DNA of 64,000 nucleotides, taken from NCBI GenBank assembly GCA_038087875.1, contig JAXLNO010001347.1, positions 1 through 64,000 on the forward strand, written 5' to 3'. Of this stretch, positions 1-12,429 are shown piece by piece. The notes beneath the pieces are model-generated. The model searched no databases. It saw only the letters and a list, made by a program, of their open reading frames with translations, and was not told the origin of the DNA. The translations under genes were made by a program, and so were the position numbers. Every line of letters begins with the position of its first letter. Position 1 is the first letter of the stretch. Origin of the DNA: Malacoraja senta. Its lineage: Eukaryota.

Positions 1-78
1 GGATGCTGAGCTCCGCTCCTGTATCCACGAGGAAGCGGGTCCCGGAGCGCCGATCCCAGGCGAAAAGGCAGTGAATTT

Positions 79-124
79 GGCCGGCCGCCGCGGGGACTAT
101 TGGCAGCCGGCCCAGGGGTTTCCC
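79..124 (-). promoter_or_regulatory. -1 programmed ribosomal frameshift signal (gag-pol)
   Basis: Slippery G GGA AAC (124-118) in gag frame, 5-nt spacer, GGCCGGC/GCCGGCC stem (112-106 / 85-79). The -1 frame reads KPLGRLPIVPAAAGQIHCLFAWDRRSGTRFLVDTGAELSI. Confidence 0.8.
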
Positions 125-1014
125 GGGAACGTGCACGGCTGGCGGCATTGTCGTGCTGCAGCACCCCAGAGCTGATGGTAGTAGCACCAGCGCCTCGTGT
201 TGGTGCTACTTGGAGCTTGCCTGCTCCTGCTGGTGGTGCCTGCAGCCTGCTGACGCTGGACTGCAGGTGCAGTACGCCTCACTGCCGCTGGGGTTGATCG
301 TACGGGCCGTCGGGCTGGAGCTGTCACTCCTTCCACCGCTCCCCCGCCCCACCGGATGAAATCGGGAGCTGCTGGGGTGACGTCATCGGCGTGCCTGCTG
401 ACGGTCAGCGCGTTGACGTCATCAGGGCGCGTCGACCTCAGCGCGACCCCGTCTCTGCTGACGCCCAGCGCGCTGACGTCATCAGGGCGCGCCATCCACA
501 GGGCGTCGGCGCGCCTCCCGAGGGCCCGAAGGTCGACAAACGAGACGTCGGTGAGCTGCAACCGAATGTAGGCCGGCAGCAGATGCAGGTAGGTATACTC
601 AAACAACAGGCACGGCGTGTGCCCGTCTAGTAACGCCACCATCTCCTTTAGGAGGGTAGATGGCTGTCGGTCACCCAGGCCCCCCATATGCAGGATCCTA
701 CTTGCCCGCTCCATCCTACTTAGTCCGTAAATGTGGAGCAGGAGCTCTTTCTGGCCGAGGTATTTATCATCGTTCGGGGGGTCTGCGAGGAAGTCCGTGA
801 CCTCTTCAACCGCATCCTGGTTGAGGGCTCCCACCAGGTAATAGAAGCGGGTGGCATCGACCGTGATGCCCCGCAGGTTGAACTGGGCCTCCGCCTGCTG
901 GAACCAGATGAGCGGCCGGGTGGTCCAGAAGTTGGGCAGTTTCACGGAGACCGCGTCCAGAGACAGGGCCGGGCCAGCCTGTGAGGAGGTAGGGCTTTGT
1001 CCACTCTCCATCAT
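97..1014 (-). CDS. Gypsy gag-like polyprotein (uninterrupted ORF)
   Basis: AVSVKLPNFW..WFQQAEAQF..IT..TRFYYLV N-terminal gag motif and C-terminal WCYYH..WG..ARQC..PC knuckle typical of CsRn1-type gag. Confidence 0.88.
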   Translation of the reverse strand: MMESGQSPTSSQAGPALSLDAVSVKLPNFWTTRPLIWFQQAEAQFNLRGITVDATRFYYLVGALNQDAVEEVTDFLADPPNDDKYLGQKELLLHIYGLSRMERASRILHMGGLGDRQPSTLLKEMVALLDGHTPCLLFEYTYLHLLPAYIRLQLTDVSFVDLRALGRRADALWMARPDDVSALGVSRDGVALRSTRPDDVNALTVSRHADDVTPAAPDFIRWGGGAVEGVTAPARRPVRSTPAAVRRTAPAVQRQQAAGTTSRSRQAPSSTNTRRWCYYHQLWGAAARQCRQPCTFPGNPWAGCQ

Positions 1015-1027
1015 GACGCCAATGGAG

Positions 1028-1041
1028 CGTCGGGGTCACCA
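1028..1041 (-). promoter_or_regulatory. Primer binding site complementary to tRNA-Trp 3' end
   Basis: TGGTGACCCCGACG located 1 nt after the LTR-terminal CA. Confidence 0.85.
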
Positions 1042-1042
1042 A

Positions 1043-1256
1043 TGTAGTGCGTGGGTCTCGGAATGAAGCACGAAGTCGTAATTCGAGAAGCACTTTTTAT
1101 TAGGTTCCTCCCAGTTCTAGGGAAGACCAAACGAGAGGAAGATGGCACCCAAACCCCTGCCTTTAAAGCCTCCGGCTAAGGGCCGCCTCCGGACTGAACC
1201 ACTCCTGTGCCGAGGGGTTCGACACTATGATGGCACGACCCTTGGGAGCCGCCACA
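1043..1256 (-). repeat. 5' LTR (214 bp) of the Gypsy element
   Basis: Starts TGTGGCGG, ends CACTACA, contains TTTAAA and AATAAA on the - strand. Confidence 0.85.
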
Positions 1257-2349
1257 CCATCATTGTAATAGGAGAACACATTTCACAATAACATTTGAAG
1301 AAGTACATCAGTTTTGCAAACTACATTTCAATCATTTAATCCCGTTCATTTAATCCACTATTACCAATGAAGAATAATGTCTGAAGTTTACTGACCTTCT
1401 GCAGAGGAACATGTGTGGAATTCTGGAGAAGCAGCAACGTGGCTTTGAGCCCAGCACAGGACAAGCTGAGGTTCCCTCACACTGCACAGTAACTGACACT
1501 GCCTCTTGTCAAACTAAATGACACCCCCCCTCCAGCTCAGGGTTCCGGCACCACTGGTGTTGATACAAATGGGTTCAGATATAGAATTATACCACAAATA
1601 AAGATTCTATCTGGAATCGAACTTGCACCTTTGCGATTTTGAACATTTCGAATTGATCTCAAATGGGAGAGCTCCAGGTTCTTTGCTGCATCCTGCTGGG
1701 CCTGATGTTCCACGAGAGAGTACATGCAATCCAGGGAGGTCCTGCCATTTCATGATGAAAAAACCTCCATAGAGGGTTGTGTTCATTAAACATGCTGGCA
1801 ATTCCATTGCACCCATAAGGATAAACGGAACCATTCCCGGAGAGAGGATTGGCCCTGGTGAAAGGAGAAAGAACATACTGTTTCCTCACTTGCCTCTTCA
1901 TGGGAAGGAGCCCACAGATTTCACCATGGGAAGCTTTCACTGTCCTAATGAATGCCCACCATTATTGGTCAGCTGAGCAAAATCTCGAATGACATTAAAA
2001 GAAGCAAGAGTACAGAGTGTACACTGGGTGTGGACCTCAGCATCCATCATTGGGAGTGGCTTGGTCACACGACCACTCATTGAGATGGCCAAACCATGAA
2101 GGATGTGTCTGCCAGGCTCTTTCTACAGCAGGTAGATAATGAGCCAACACAAGTGATTGACCTACTTGACCTCCTCCTCTCCTGTCCACCTGCAACAGGT
2201 GAATCTGTTGACCATGGCGTTGGCAGAAATCAGAAGACCATTGCACAGTTCTCATTGAGGACAATGTTTTGTCATTACACGAAAATCATCCCATATTGCT
2301 CTGACTGGCACAACAGTTTTTGATGTCATCTTCCCAAATGAGCTGCAGA
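1257..2349 (+). repeat. Left arm of 1093-bp inverted duplication
   Basis: Reverse complement of 4398-5490. Paired ORF coordinates always sum to 6747 (no indel seen); ~95% identity in a 370-nt spot check. Confidence 0.95.
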
Positions 2350-2860
2350 ACTACACCACAAAACCTCTCCATCAGCGGCAAGGCCCAATTCAGGAGGGTG
2401 CAATGCCTTGATGAATGTTACTCCAGTGATACTGAAGAAGCACAACATCATCCAGGACATAGCATGTCCCCATCTACTACTGTAATCTTCTTTGTTTCCA
2501 CCACTTGTGTACAGTGATCTCGGTCTCAATCAACCACCGCAAGGTGTCTCAATGTTCATTGCCAAGGCTACTTCAGTAACACCTCTCATATCTGTGATCC
2601 CGTCAACCAAGAAAGACAATGGCAACAGGCCCATGGGATCACCACATGCTGTGGGTGCCTCTCCAGTCATGTCTTGGAAATCCATTGCTGTTCCTTCATT
2701 TCTATCATGAACATTGTGGAAGCATCATTCACTGGCTACGTAAGGATGTTCACATCCTCATGGGCTAAAAATGGAAGCCTGAGCAGTGAGTCCCACATCC
2801 TGAACAAGTGTAAACTTGACATAACACATATCCTTCCTCTTTTACGCAGACGTTATCTTT
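1990..2860 (+). mobile_element. Degenerate non-LTR retrotransposon fragment (APE endonuclease region, L2/CR1 group)
   Basis: QQVDNEPTQ..LLDLLL....GRNQKT resembles the V.EPTR..LLDL.L..G.SDH endonuclease motif; many stops. Confidence 0.55.
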
Positions 2861-3448
2861 AGATACAACTTCTCTATTTACCCTTTACATTTAAAAGTAA
2901 TTCCTTATAATTCTATTTGTGTAGTTTTTTTTAAATACACGAGAACAGGACATATCTGTGTGTGCTGAGGACGCATTTATTATAAGGATAGTAACTAAAA
3001 GACAGAGAAGCTCAAGTATCTGTGTTTGTCAGTGATTGGGATAAATTATGGCAGATAATCTACAGTATGGTGCGAAGGAGAAGATTTATTCCAATTAGAT
3101 TTTACTAATATCAGCATCAAAGTCAATATTTATTATCCATCCGTAACTACCTTGGAGAAGATGGTGGTGAGCTGCCTTCTTGAAGTTCTGCAATACTTTT
3201 GGTGAAGATGCTCTCACACAGCTATCAGGACTTAGTCAGAGTCATGGAACCACAGAGTCGTACAGCACAGAAACAGCTGCAACACGTCAATGCTGACCTA
3301 GTATCCTCATCAAACTTAGTTCCATTTGGCCCATATCCCTCTAAACCTATCCTTTCCATGAACCTGTTCAAGTGTCTTTTAATTGAAATGTTAATACTTG
3401 CTTCAACTACCTCCTCTGGCAGCTCATCACATATACCTACTACCCTTT

Positions 3449-4070
3449 ATAGACAATAGGTGCAGGAGTAGGCCATTCGGCCCTTCAAGCCAGCACCGCC
3501 ATTCAATGTGATCATGGCTGATCATCCACAATCAGTATCCTGTTCCTGCCTTCTCCCCATATCCCCTGAATCTACTATCTTCAAGAGTCCTATCTACCTC
3601 TCTCTTGAAAGCATCCAGTGAACCGGACACCACCACCCTCTGAGGCAGAGAATTCTACATATTCACAACCCTCTGTGTGAAAAAGTTTTTCCTCATCTCC
3701 GTTCTAAATGGCTTGCCCCTTATTCTTAAACTGTGGTCTCTGGTTCTGGGCTCTCCCAACATCAGGAACATGTTTCCTGCCTCTAGTGTGTCCAAACCCT
3801 TAATAATCTTATATGTTTCAATAAGATAACCTCTCATCCTTCTAAACTCCAGAGTATACAACCCCAGCCGCTCCATTCTCTCAGTATATGACCGTCCCGC
3901 CATCCCGGGAATTAACTTTGTAAACCTACGCTGGGCTCCCTCAATAGCAAAAATGTCCTTCCTCAAATTAGGGGACCAAAACTGCACACAATACTCCAGG
4001 TGTGATCTCACTAGGGCTATGTACAACTGCAGAAGGACCTCTTTGCATCTATACTCAACTCCTCTTGTTT
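3449..4070 (-). mobile_element. CR1 (HER1-like) LINE 3' fragment
   Basis: RT C-terminal ORF 3655..4026 ([15 protein letters not shown]...FFTQRVVN) plus CR1 3'UTR and tail. Confidence 0.92.
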
Positions 4071-4397
4071 GAATCCTTTAACCTTTGAATGTAAAGGATG
4101 CCCTTCGTGTTCATATTAAACCTTATCATCTCACCTCAAACCCGTGTCCTCTGGTTCTTGATACCCCCACACTGGGTAAAAGGCTCTGTTCATTCAGTCT
4201 ATCTATTCCCCTCAATAATTCAACTATCTCAGCCTCCTGCACTCCAAGGAATAAAGTCTGAGGGAGCACAATTTTTCAGGCCCATACAGCTGCTCCAATA
4301 TTGGTCTCAACACCACCTTCCCACTTTCCCCACGTCTCCTGACTTCTGTTGAGTTTATAGTCAATCATCCTCTACCTTGAACATAGTCAATGCTGCC

Positions 4398-5490
4398 TCT
4401 GCAGCTCCTTTGGGAAGATGATATCAAAAACTGTTGTGCCAGTCAGAGCAATATGGGATGACTTTGGTGTAATGACAAAACATTGTCCTCAATGAGAACT
4501 GTGCAATGGTCTTCTGATTTCTGCCAAAGCCATGGTCAACAGATTCACCTGTTGCAGGTGGACAGGAGAGGAGGAGGTCAAGTAGGTCAAACCCTTGTGT
4601 TGGTTCATTCTCTACCTGCTGTAGAAAGAGCCTGGCAGACACATCCTTCAGGGTTTGGCCATCTCAGTGAGTGGTCGTGTGACCAAGCCACTCCCAATGA
4701 TGGATGCTGAGGTCCACATCCAGTGTACACTCTGTACTCTTGCTTCTTTTAACGTCATTCGAGATTTTGCTCAGCTGACCAATAATGGTGGGCATTCATT
4801 AGGACAGTGAAAGCTTCCCATGGTGAAATCTGTGGGCTCATTCCCATGAAGAGGCAAGTGATGAAACAGTATGTTCTTTCTCCTTTCACCAGGGCCAATC
4901 CTCTCTCCGGGAATGGTTCAGTTTACCCTAATGGGTGCAATGGAATTGCCAGCATGTTTAATGAACACAACCCTCTATGGACGTTTTTTCATCATGAAAT
5001 GGCAGGACCTACCTGGATTGCATGTACTCTCTCGTGGAACATGAGGCCCAGCAGGATGCAGCAAAGCACCTGGACCTCTCCCATTTGAGATCCATTCGAA
5101 ATGTTCAAAATCGCAAAGGTGCAAGTTCGATTACAGATGGAATCTTTATTTGTTGTATAATTCTATATCTGAGCCCATTTGTATCAACACCAGTGGTGCC
5201 GGAACCCTGAGCTGGAGGGGGAGTGTCATTTAGTTTGACAAGAGGCAGCGTCAGTTACTGTGCAGTGTGAGGGAATCTCAGCTTGTCCTATGCTGGGCTC
5301 AAAGCCACGTTGCTGCCTCTCCAGAAATCCACACAAGTTCCTCTGCAGAAGGGCAGTAAACATCAGACATAATTCTTCATTGGTAATAGTGGATTAAATG
5401 AACGGGATAAAATGATTGAAATGTAGTTTGCAAAACTGATGTACTTCTTCAAATGATATTGTGAAATGTGTTCTCCTATTACAATGATGG
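4398..5490 (-). repeat. Right arm of 1093-bp inverted duplication
   Basis: Mirror of 1257-2349 (e.g. ORFs 1537..1725- vs 5022..5210+, 2096..2323+ vs 4424..4642-). Confidence 0.95.
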
Positions 5491-5526
5491 TGTCTTCACT
5501 AAAAAGTGAACAAATTTCAGTATTTT

Positions 5527-8500
5527 TAGATAGATACATAGAAAATAGGTGCAGGAGTAGGCCATTCGGCCCTTCGAGCCTGCACCGCCATTCAATATGA
5601 TCATGGTTGATCATCCAACTCAGTATCCCGTACCTGCCTTCTTTCCATACCCCCTGATCCCTTTAGCCACAAGGGCCACATCTAACTCCCTTTTAAATAT
5701 AGCCAATGAACTAGCCTCAACTACCCTCTGTGGCACAGAGTTCCAGAGATTCACCACTCTCTGTGTGAAAAATGTTTTTCTCATCTCGGTCTTAAAGGAT
5801 TTCCCCCTTATCCTTAAGCTATGACCCCTTGTCCTGGACTTCCCCAACATCGGGAACAATCTTCCTGCATCTAGCTTGTCCAACCCCATAAGAATTTTGT
5901 AAGTTTCTATAAGATCCCCTCTCAATCTCCTAAATTCTAGCGAGTATAAGCCGAATCTATCCAGTCTTTCTTCATATGAAAGTCCTGACATCCCAGGAAG
6001 CAGTCTGGAGAACCTTCTCTGCACTCCCTCTATGGCAATAATGTCCTTCCTCAGATTTGGAGACCAAAACTGTACGCAATACTCCAGGTGTGGTCTCACC
6101 AAGACCCTGTACAACTGCAGTAGAACCTCCCTGCTCCTATACTCAAATCCTTTTGCTATGAAAGCTAACATACCATTTGCTTTCTTCACTGCCTGCTGCA
6201 CCTGCATGCCTACTTTCAATGACTGGTGTACCATGACACCCAGGTCTCGCTGCATCTCCCCTTTTCCAAATCGTCCACCATTTAGATAATAGTCTGCTTT
6301 CATGTTTTTGCCACCAAAGTGGATAACCTCACATTTATCCACATTATATTACATCTGCCAAACATTTGCCCACTCACCCAGCCTATTCCAAGTCACCTTG
6401 CAGTCTCCTAGCATCCTCCTCACAGCTAACACTGCCCCCCAGCTTAGTGTCATCCGCAAACTTGGAGATGTTGCCTTCAATTCCCTCATCCAGTTCATTT
6501 ATATAAATTGTAAATAGCTGGGGTCCCAGCACTGAGCCTTGCGGTACCCCACTAGTCACTGCCTGCCATTATGAAAAGGACCCGTTTACTCCTACTCTTT
6601 GCTTCCTGTTTGCCAGCCAGTTCTCTATCCACATCAATACTGAACCCCCAATACCGTGTGCTTTAAGTTTGTATACTAATCTCTTTTGTGGGACCTTGTC
6701 GAGAGCCTTCTGAAAGTCCAGATACAACACACCCACTGGTTCTCCCTTATCCACTCTACTAGTTGCATCCTCGAAAAATTCTATAAGATTCATCAGACAT
6801 GATTTACCTTTCGTAAATCCATGCTGACTTTGTCCAATGATTTCACCACTTTCCAAATGTGCTGCTATCCCATCTTTAATAACTGACTCTAGCAGTTTCC
6901 CCACTACGGATGTTACACTAACTGGTCTGTAATTCCCCGTTTTATCTCTCCCTCACTTCTTAAAACGTGTGGTTGCGTTGGCTACCCTCCAATCCTCAGG
7001 AACTACTCCAGAATCTAAAGAGTTTCGAAAAATTATCACTAATGCATCCACTATTTTTGGAGCTACTTCCTTAAGTACTCTGGGATGCAGCATATCTGGC
7101 CCTGGTGATTTATCGGCCTTTAATCCATTCAATTTACCCAACACCAGTTCCCGACTAACCTTGATTTCACTCAGTTCTTCCATCTCCTTTGACCCGCGGG
7201 CCCCTGCTATTTCCAGCAGATTATTTATGTCTTTCTAAGTGAAGACGGAAACAAAGTAGTGAAGACGGAAACAAATTCAATTGGTCCGCCATATCCTTGT
7301 TCCCCATGATCAATTCACCTGTTTCTGACTGCAAGGAACCTACATTTGTTTTAACTAATCTCTTTCTCTTCACATATCTATAAAAACTTTTGCAGTCAGT
7401 TTTTATGTTCCCTGCCAGTTTTCTTTCATAATCTATTTTCCCTTTCCTAATTTAGCCCTTTGTCCTCCTCTGCTTGCCTCTGAATTTCTCCCAGTCCTCT
7501 GGTATGCTGCTTTTTCTGGCTAATTTGTACGCATCATCTTTTGCTTTGATACTATCCCTGATTTCCCTTGTTATCCATGGATGCACTACCTTCGCTGATT
7601 TATTCTTTTGCCTAACTGGGCTGAACAATTGTTGTAGTTCATCCATGCAGTCTTTAAATGCCTTCCATTGCATATCCACCGTCAACCCTTTCAGAACTAA
7701 TTGCCAGTCAATCTTGGCCAATTCACGTCCCATATCCTCAAAGTTACCTTTCTTTCAGTTCAGAACCATTGTTTCTGAATTAACAATGTCACTCTCCATC
7801 CTAATGAAGAACTCAACCACATTATGGTCACTCTTGCCCAAGGGGGCACGCACAACAAGACTGCTAACTAACCCTTCCTCATTACTCAATACCCAGTCTA
7901 GAATATCCTGCTCTCTCGTTGGTTCCTCTACATGTTGGTTTAGGTAACTATCCCGCATACATTCCAAGAAATCCTCTTCCTCAGCACCCCTGCCAATTTG
8001 ATTCACCCAATCTAAATGTAGATTGAAGTCACCCATTATAACTGTTTTGCCTTTGTTACACGCATTTCTAATTTCCTGTTTGATGCCATCCCCAACTTCA
8101 CTACTATTGTTAGGTGGCCTGTACACAACACCCACCAGCGTTTTCTGCCCCTTAGTGTTTCGCAGCTCTAACCATACCGATTCCACATCCTCCAAGCTAA
8201 TGTCCTTCCTTTCCACTGCGTTAATCTCCTCTCTAACCAGCAACGCTGCCCCATCTCCTTTTCTTTTCTCTCTCTCCCTCCTGAATATTGAATATCCCTG
8301 GATGTTCAGCTCCCAGCCTTGGTCACCCTGGAGTCATGTCTCCGTGATCCCAACTATATCATAATCATTAACAGCTATCTGCACGTTCAACTCATCCACC
8401 TTATTACGAATGCTCCTTGCATTGAGACACAAAGCCTTCAGGCTTGTTTTTACAATGCTCTTACCCCTTTTACAATTATGTTGAAAAGTGGCCATTTTTT

Positions 8501-8612
8501 ATTTTTGCCCTGGATTTGTCTGCCTGCCACTTTTACTTTTCACCTTGCTACCTATTGCTTCCGCCCCCATTTTGTACCCCTCTGTTTCTCTGCTCACCCA
8601 TTTAAGAACCCC
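5527..8612 (-). mobile_element. CR1 (HER1-like) LINE, ~3.1 kb, APE + RT with frameshifts/stops
   Basis: ORF pieces 7755..8243 (GVVYRPP, MGDFN, SDHN), 6569..6904, 5620..6342; tail tagatacatagaaaatagg. Confidence 0.95.
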
Positions 8613-9344
8613 ACCACATCTTATTCTCTGTTTATTTCTGTTTTCTTCTTCCCCCCCTACATGTTGGGTCTGAGTGCTTTCCTTCTCTGCCTCCTGCCTC
8701 ATACACTGTCTAATAGCTTTCTCTATTTGATTCCCACTATTTTTGCTACATCCGACTGATTAAAATCTAAGATAGCGGTGTTTCTCTTGACTATTCAAAT
8801 GCACTTTATTCTTTCCACACATTTCAAATTTCCTGTTTCCTACCTGCTGTATGAAAAGATTTCAATATATAACCTTGTTTGTTGTTTCTGTTTTCCAAAA
8901 CAATGTTTTGATTTTTTTTTTAAGAAATTGTTGTATGAATCATTTTCCTCCACAGATGCTGCCTGAGCTGTTGAGTTCCTCCAGGAATTTGTTTTGGGGG
9001 GTTTTGCTTCAGGGAGAAGAAGTGGATGTGTTGAATTTTCAGTAGGTCTTTGATAAAGCCATGCATAAAAGATCAACACGGAATATTAAAATATGTGGAT
9101 TTGGCAATGTTCAACTGGGATGGATTGAAAATACTTTAGCAGGCTAGGAACCGAGACTTCTTTTGGGTGGCACATGGTGACTAATGAGCAATCATTGAAA
9201 CCATTGCTTGAGCCTGTTATTTTCAATGTACATTAATGATTTTGACAAGGAAGTAAATTGAATATTTCTAAGTTTGATGACATGAAACTGAGAGTAATTA
9301 GGAGAAGCAAAGAGGATGCAAAGAGATTTCCAGGTGATCTCAGT

Positions 9345-11600
9345 CAATAGACAATAGACAATAGGTGCAGGAGTAGGCCATTCGGCCTTCGAGCCAGCAC
9401 CGCCATTCAATGTGATCATGGCCGATCATCCCCAATCAGTAGCCCGTTCCTGCCTTCTCTCCATATCCCCTGAATCCGCTATTTTTAAGAGCCCTATAGA
9501 AACATAGAAACTAGGTGCAGGAGTAGGCCATTCGGCCCTTCGAGCCTGCACCGCCATTCAATATGATCATGGCTGATCATCCAACTCAATATCCTATACC
9601 TGCTTTCTCTCCACCCCCCCTGATCCCTTTAGCCACATCTAACTCCCTCTTAAAGATAGCCAATGAACTGGCCTCAACTACATTCGGTGGCAGAGAATTC
9701 CAGCGACACTACCTAGCTCTCTCTTGAAAGCATCCAGAGAACCTGCCTCTACCGCCCTCTGAGGCGGAGAATTCCACAGACTTACCACTCTCTGTGAGAA
9801 AAAGTGTTTCCTCATCTCCCTTCTTAATGGCTTACTTCTTATTTTTAAACTGTGGCTCCTGGTCCTGGGCCCCCAACATCGGGAACATGTTTCCTGCCTC
9901 TAGCGTGTCCAAACCCTTAACAAACTTATATGTTTCAATGAAATACCCTCTCGTCCTTCTAAACTACAGAGTGTACAAGCCCAGCTGCTCCATTCTCTCA
10001 GCATATGACAGTCCCGTCATCCCGGGAATTAACCTTGTAAACCTACGCTGCACTCCCTCAATAGCAAGAATGTCCTTCTTCAAATTAGGCACCAAAACTG
10101 CACACAATACTCCAGGTGTGGTCTCACTAGGGCTCTGTACAAATGCAGAAGGACCTCTTTGCTCCTATATTCGATTCTTCTTGTTATAAAGGCCAACATG
10201 CCATTCGCTTTCTTCACTGCCTGCTGTACCTGCATGCTTACTTTCATAGACTGATGAACAAGGACCCCCAGATCCCGTTGTACTTCCCCTTTTCCCAACT
10301 TGACACCATTTAGATCTGCCTTCCTGTTTTTGCTATCAAAGTGGATAACCTCACATTTATCCGCATTAAACTTCATCTGCCATGCATCTGCCCACTCCCC
10401 CAACCTGTCCAAATCACCCTGCATTCTCATTGCATCCTCCTCACAGTTCACACTGCCACCCAGCTTTGTGTCATCTGCAAATTTGCTAATGGTACTTTGA
10501 ATCTCTTCATCCAAATCATTGACGTATATTGTAAATAGCTGCGGTACCAGACCGAGCCTTGCCGTACCCCAGTAGTCACTGTCTACCATTCTGAAAGGGA
10601 CCCATTAATCCCTACTCTTTGTTTCCTGTCTGCCACTCTCTATCCATGTCAGCACTCTACCCCCAATACCATGTGCCCTAATTTTGCCCACTAATCTCCT
10701 ATGTGGGACCTTATCAAATGCTTTCTGAAAGTCCAGGTACACTACATCCACTGGCTCTCCCTTGTCCATTTTCCTAGTTACATCTTCAAAAAATTCCAGA
10801 AGATTGGTCAAGCATGATTTCCCGTTCGTAAATCCATGCTAACTCGGACCGATCCTGTTACTGCTATCCAAATGTGGGGCTATTTCATCTTTTATAATTG
10901 GCTCCAGCATCTTCCCCACCACCGATATCAGGCTAACAGGTCTGTAATTCCGTTTTCTCTCTCGCTCCTTTCTTGAAAAGTGGGATGTCATTAGCTATCC
11001 TCCAATCCACAGGAACTGATCCTGAATCTATTGAACATTGGATAATGATCACTAATGCGTCCACTATTTCTAGACCCACCTCCATAAGGACCCTGGGATG
11101 CAGACCATCAGGCCCAGGGGATTTATCATCCTTCAGTCCCATTAACCTACCCAATACTATTTCTCGCCTCATGAAAATGTCTTTCAATTCCTCTACCCCG
11201 TTAGATCCTCTGTCCTCCAGTACATCTGGGAGATTTTTTGTGTCTTCCTTAGGGAAGACAGATCCGAAGTACCTATTTACCTCTTCTGCCATTTCCTTGT
11301 TGCCCATAATAATTTCACCCATGTCTGCCTTCAAGGGACCCACATTTGACTTTCCTATTCTTTTTCCCTTAACATATCTAAAGAAGCTTTTACTGTCCTT
11401 CTTTATATTCCTGGCCAGATTCCCTTCGTACCTCATCTTTTCAGCCCGTATTGCCCGTTTTGTTTCCTTCTGTTGTCCTATGAAAGTTTCCCAATCCTCT
11501 GGCTTCCGGCTACTCTTTGCTGTGTTGTACATCTTTTCTTTTAGTTTTATTCTATCCCTAACTTTTCTTGTCAGCCACGGTTGCCTCCCACTCCCCTTAG
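9345..11600 (-). mobile_element. CR1 LINE fragment with a second CR1 tail (~9497-9703) nested in its 3'UTR
   Basis: RT ORF pieces 10080..10589 ([10 protein letters not shown]), 10605..10811, 10933..11757. The first 3'UTR is split at gagcccta|...|cctagctct. Confidence 0.9.
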
Positions 11601-11604
11601 TTGA

Positions 11605-11670
11605 GAAATAAAACAGGAAGTAAAACAGCCCAGAGCTCAAAATAGACAAATCATTGTGGTTGAATTGCAT
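11605..11670 (+). promoter_or_regulatory. Candidate lymphocyte promoter/enhancer (ETS + RUNX)
   Basis: ACAGGAAGT (11613-11621) and TGTGGTT (11655-11661) in a non-repeat island ~0.5 kb upstream of the leader exon; E-box CAGGTG at 11804. Confidence 0.45.
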
Positions 11671-12179
11671 AAAAGCTCTTAATGCAGCCTTAACCATTGC
11701 TGTGAATTTTGCTTCAGGTCCTGAATGTGATATGAGTTTGTATGTTGGTTGCACCAAGCTTCAGTGCGTCCCTCAACATGTTTTCCTGCAGTCTGGAGTA
11801 GGTCAGGTGGCAACATTCCCTGATGGACCACACTTTGACATATCATTGCTTCATTCCTCAGCACAGTAACAGTGTGTGGGAGATGGGGCAATGTTCCTGT
11901 CCTTATAATACAGCCTTTGACCCACAGTGAGCAGCACCAGAACGGAAGTATTGCAATTGAAGTTTTATCTTTAGAAACAAAAGAGACACTTCCTCACTCT
12001 TACATTCAATGGCCTTAGCATTGAAGGCAAGCATACCATACGCCTTCTTCACTACCCTAACTACTTGTGCTGCCACTTTCCGTGAGCTATCAACGTGGAC
12101 TCCAAATGCACTGAAGATATGTGTCTCAAACTGGCTCAGTCTAAAATTCTATGTTTTTTTCCCACAGGGAATCCACAAA

Positions 12180-12267
12180 ATGAGGCCCAGGTTTTTCTGC
12201 AGCAGTTTGCCAGCTGGTTTGATGTTCGGTGTCTTTGTTTTCCTGCTTCGACCTGTTTCCACACAGA
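12180..12267 (+). CDS. CD4/LAG-3-like receptor: signal-peptide exon (exon starts 12168)
   Basis: Acceptor ttttttcccacag, ATG at 12180, MRPRFFCSSLPAGLMFGVFVFLLRPVSTQ, phase-1 donor A|gtaagt matching the D1 exon. Confidence 0.8.
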
Positions 12268-12429
12268 GTAAGTGCTTTCTCTTCACCGGTCACAATCACG
12301 TTGCTTTTCTTTATCATTCTCCGTGTAAACCCACACCCCATTGTTAATCTCTCTTTCCTCTCCACGTCCCACAAAACCACCCCATCCTTGCTGGAGCTCC
12401 ATTTCTGAGCCTCTCCCATTAGCTCCCTC

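Larger units (their letters stand above)
1..1256 (-). mobile_element. Gypsy/Ty3 (CsRn1-like) LTR retrotransposon, 5' part (LTR, PBS, gag, start of protease); continues beyond base 1
   Basis: On the - strand in order: TG..CA LTR, tRNA-Trp PBS, 305-aa gag, then protease motif FLVDTGAELSI in the -1 frame at bases ~2-35. Confidence 0.92.

Noticed and set aside
1537-1940. Protein-coding (ankyrin-like NGRTSLD) pseudo-exon in the inverted-repeat arms
   Set aside because: Stops in every frame and no convincing motif continuation.
7240-7280. 20-bp tandem duplication gtgaagacggaaacaaagta inside CR1
   Set aside because: Ordinary slippage mutation in a dead element.
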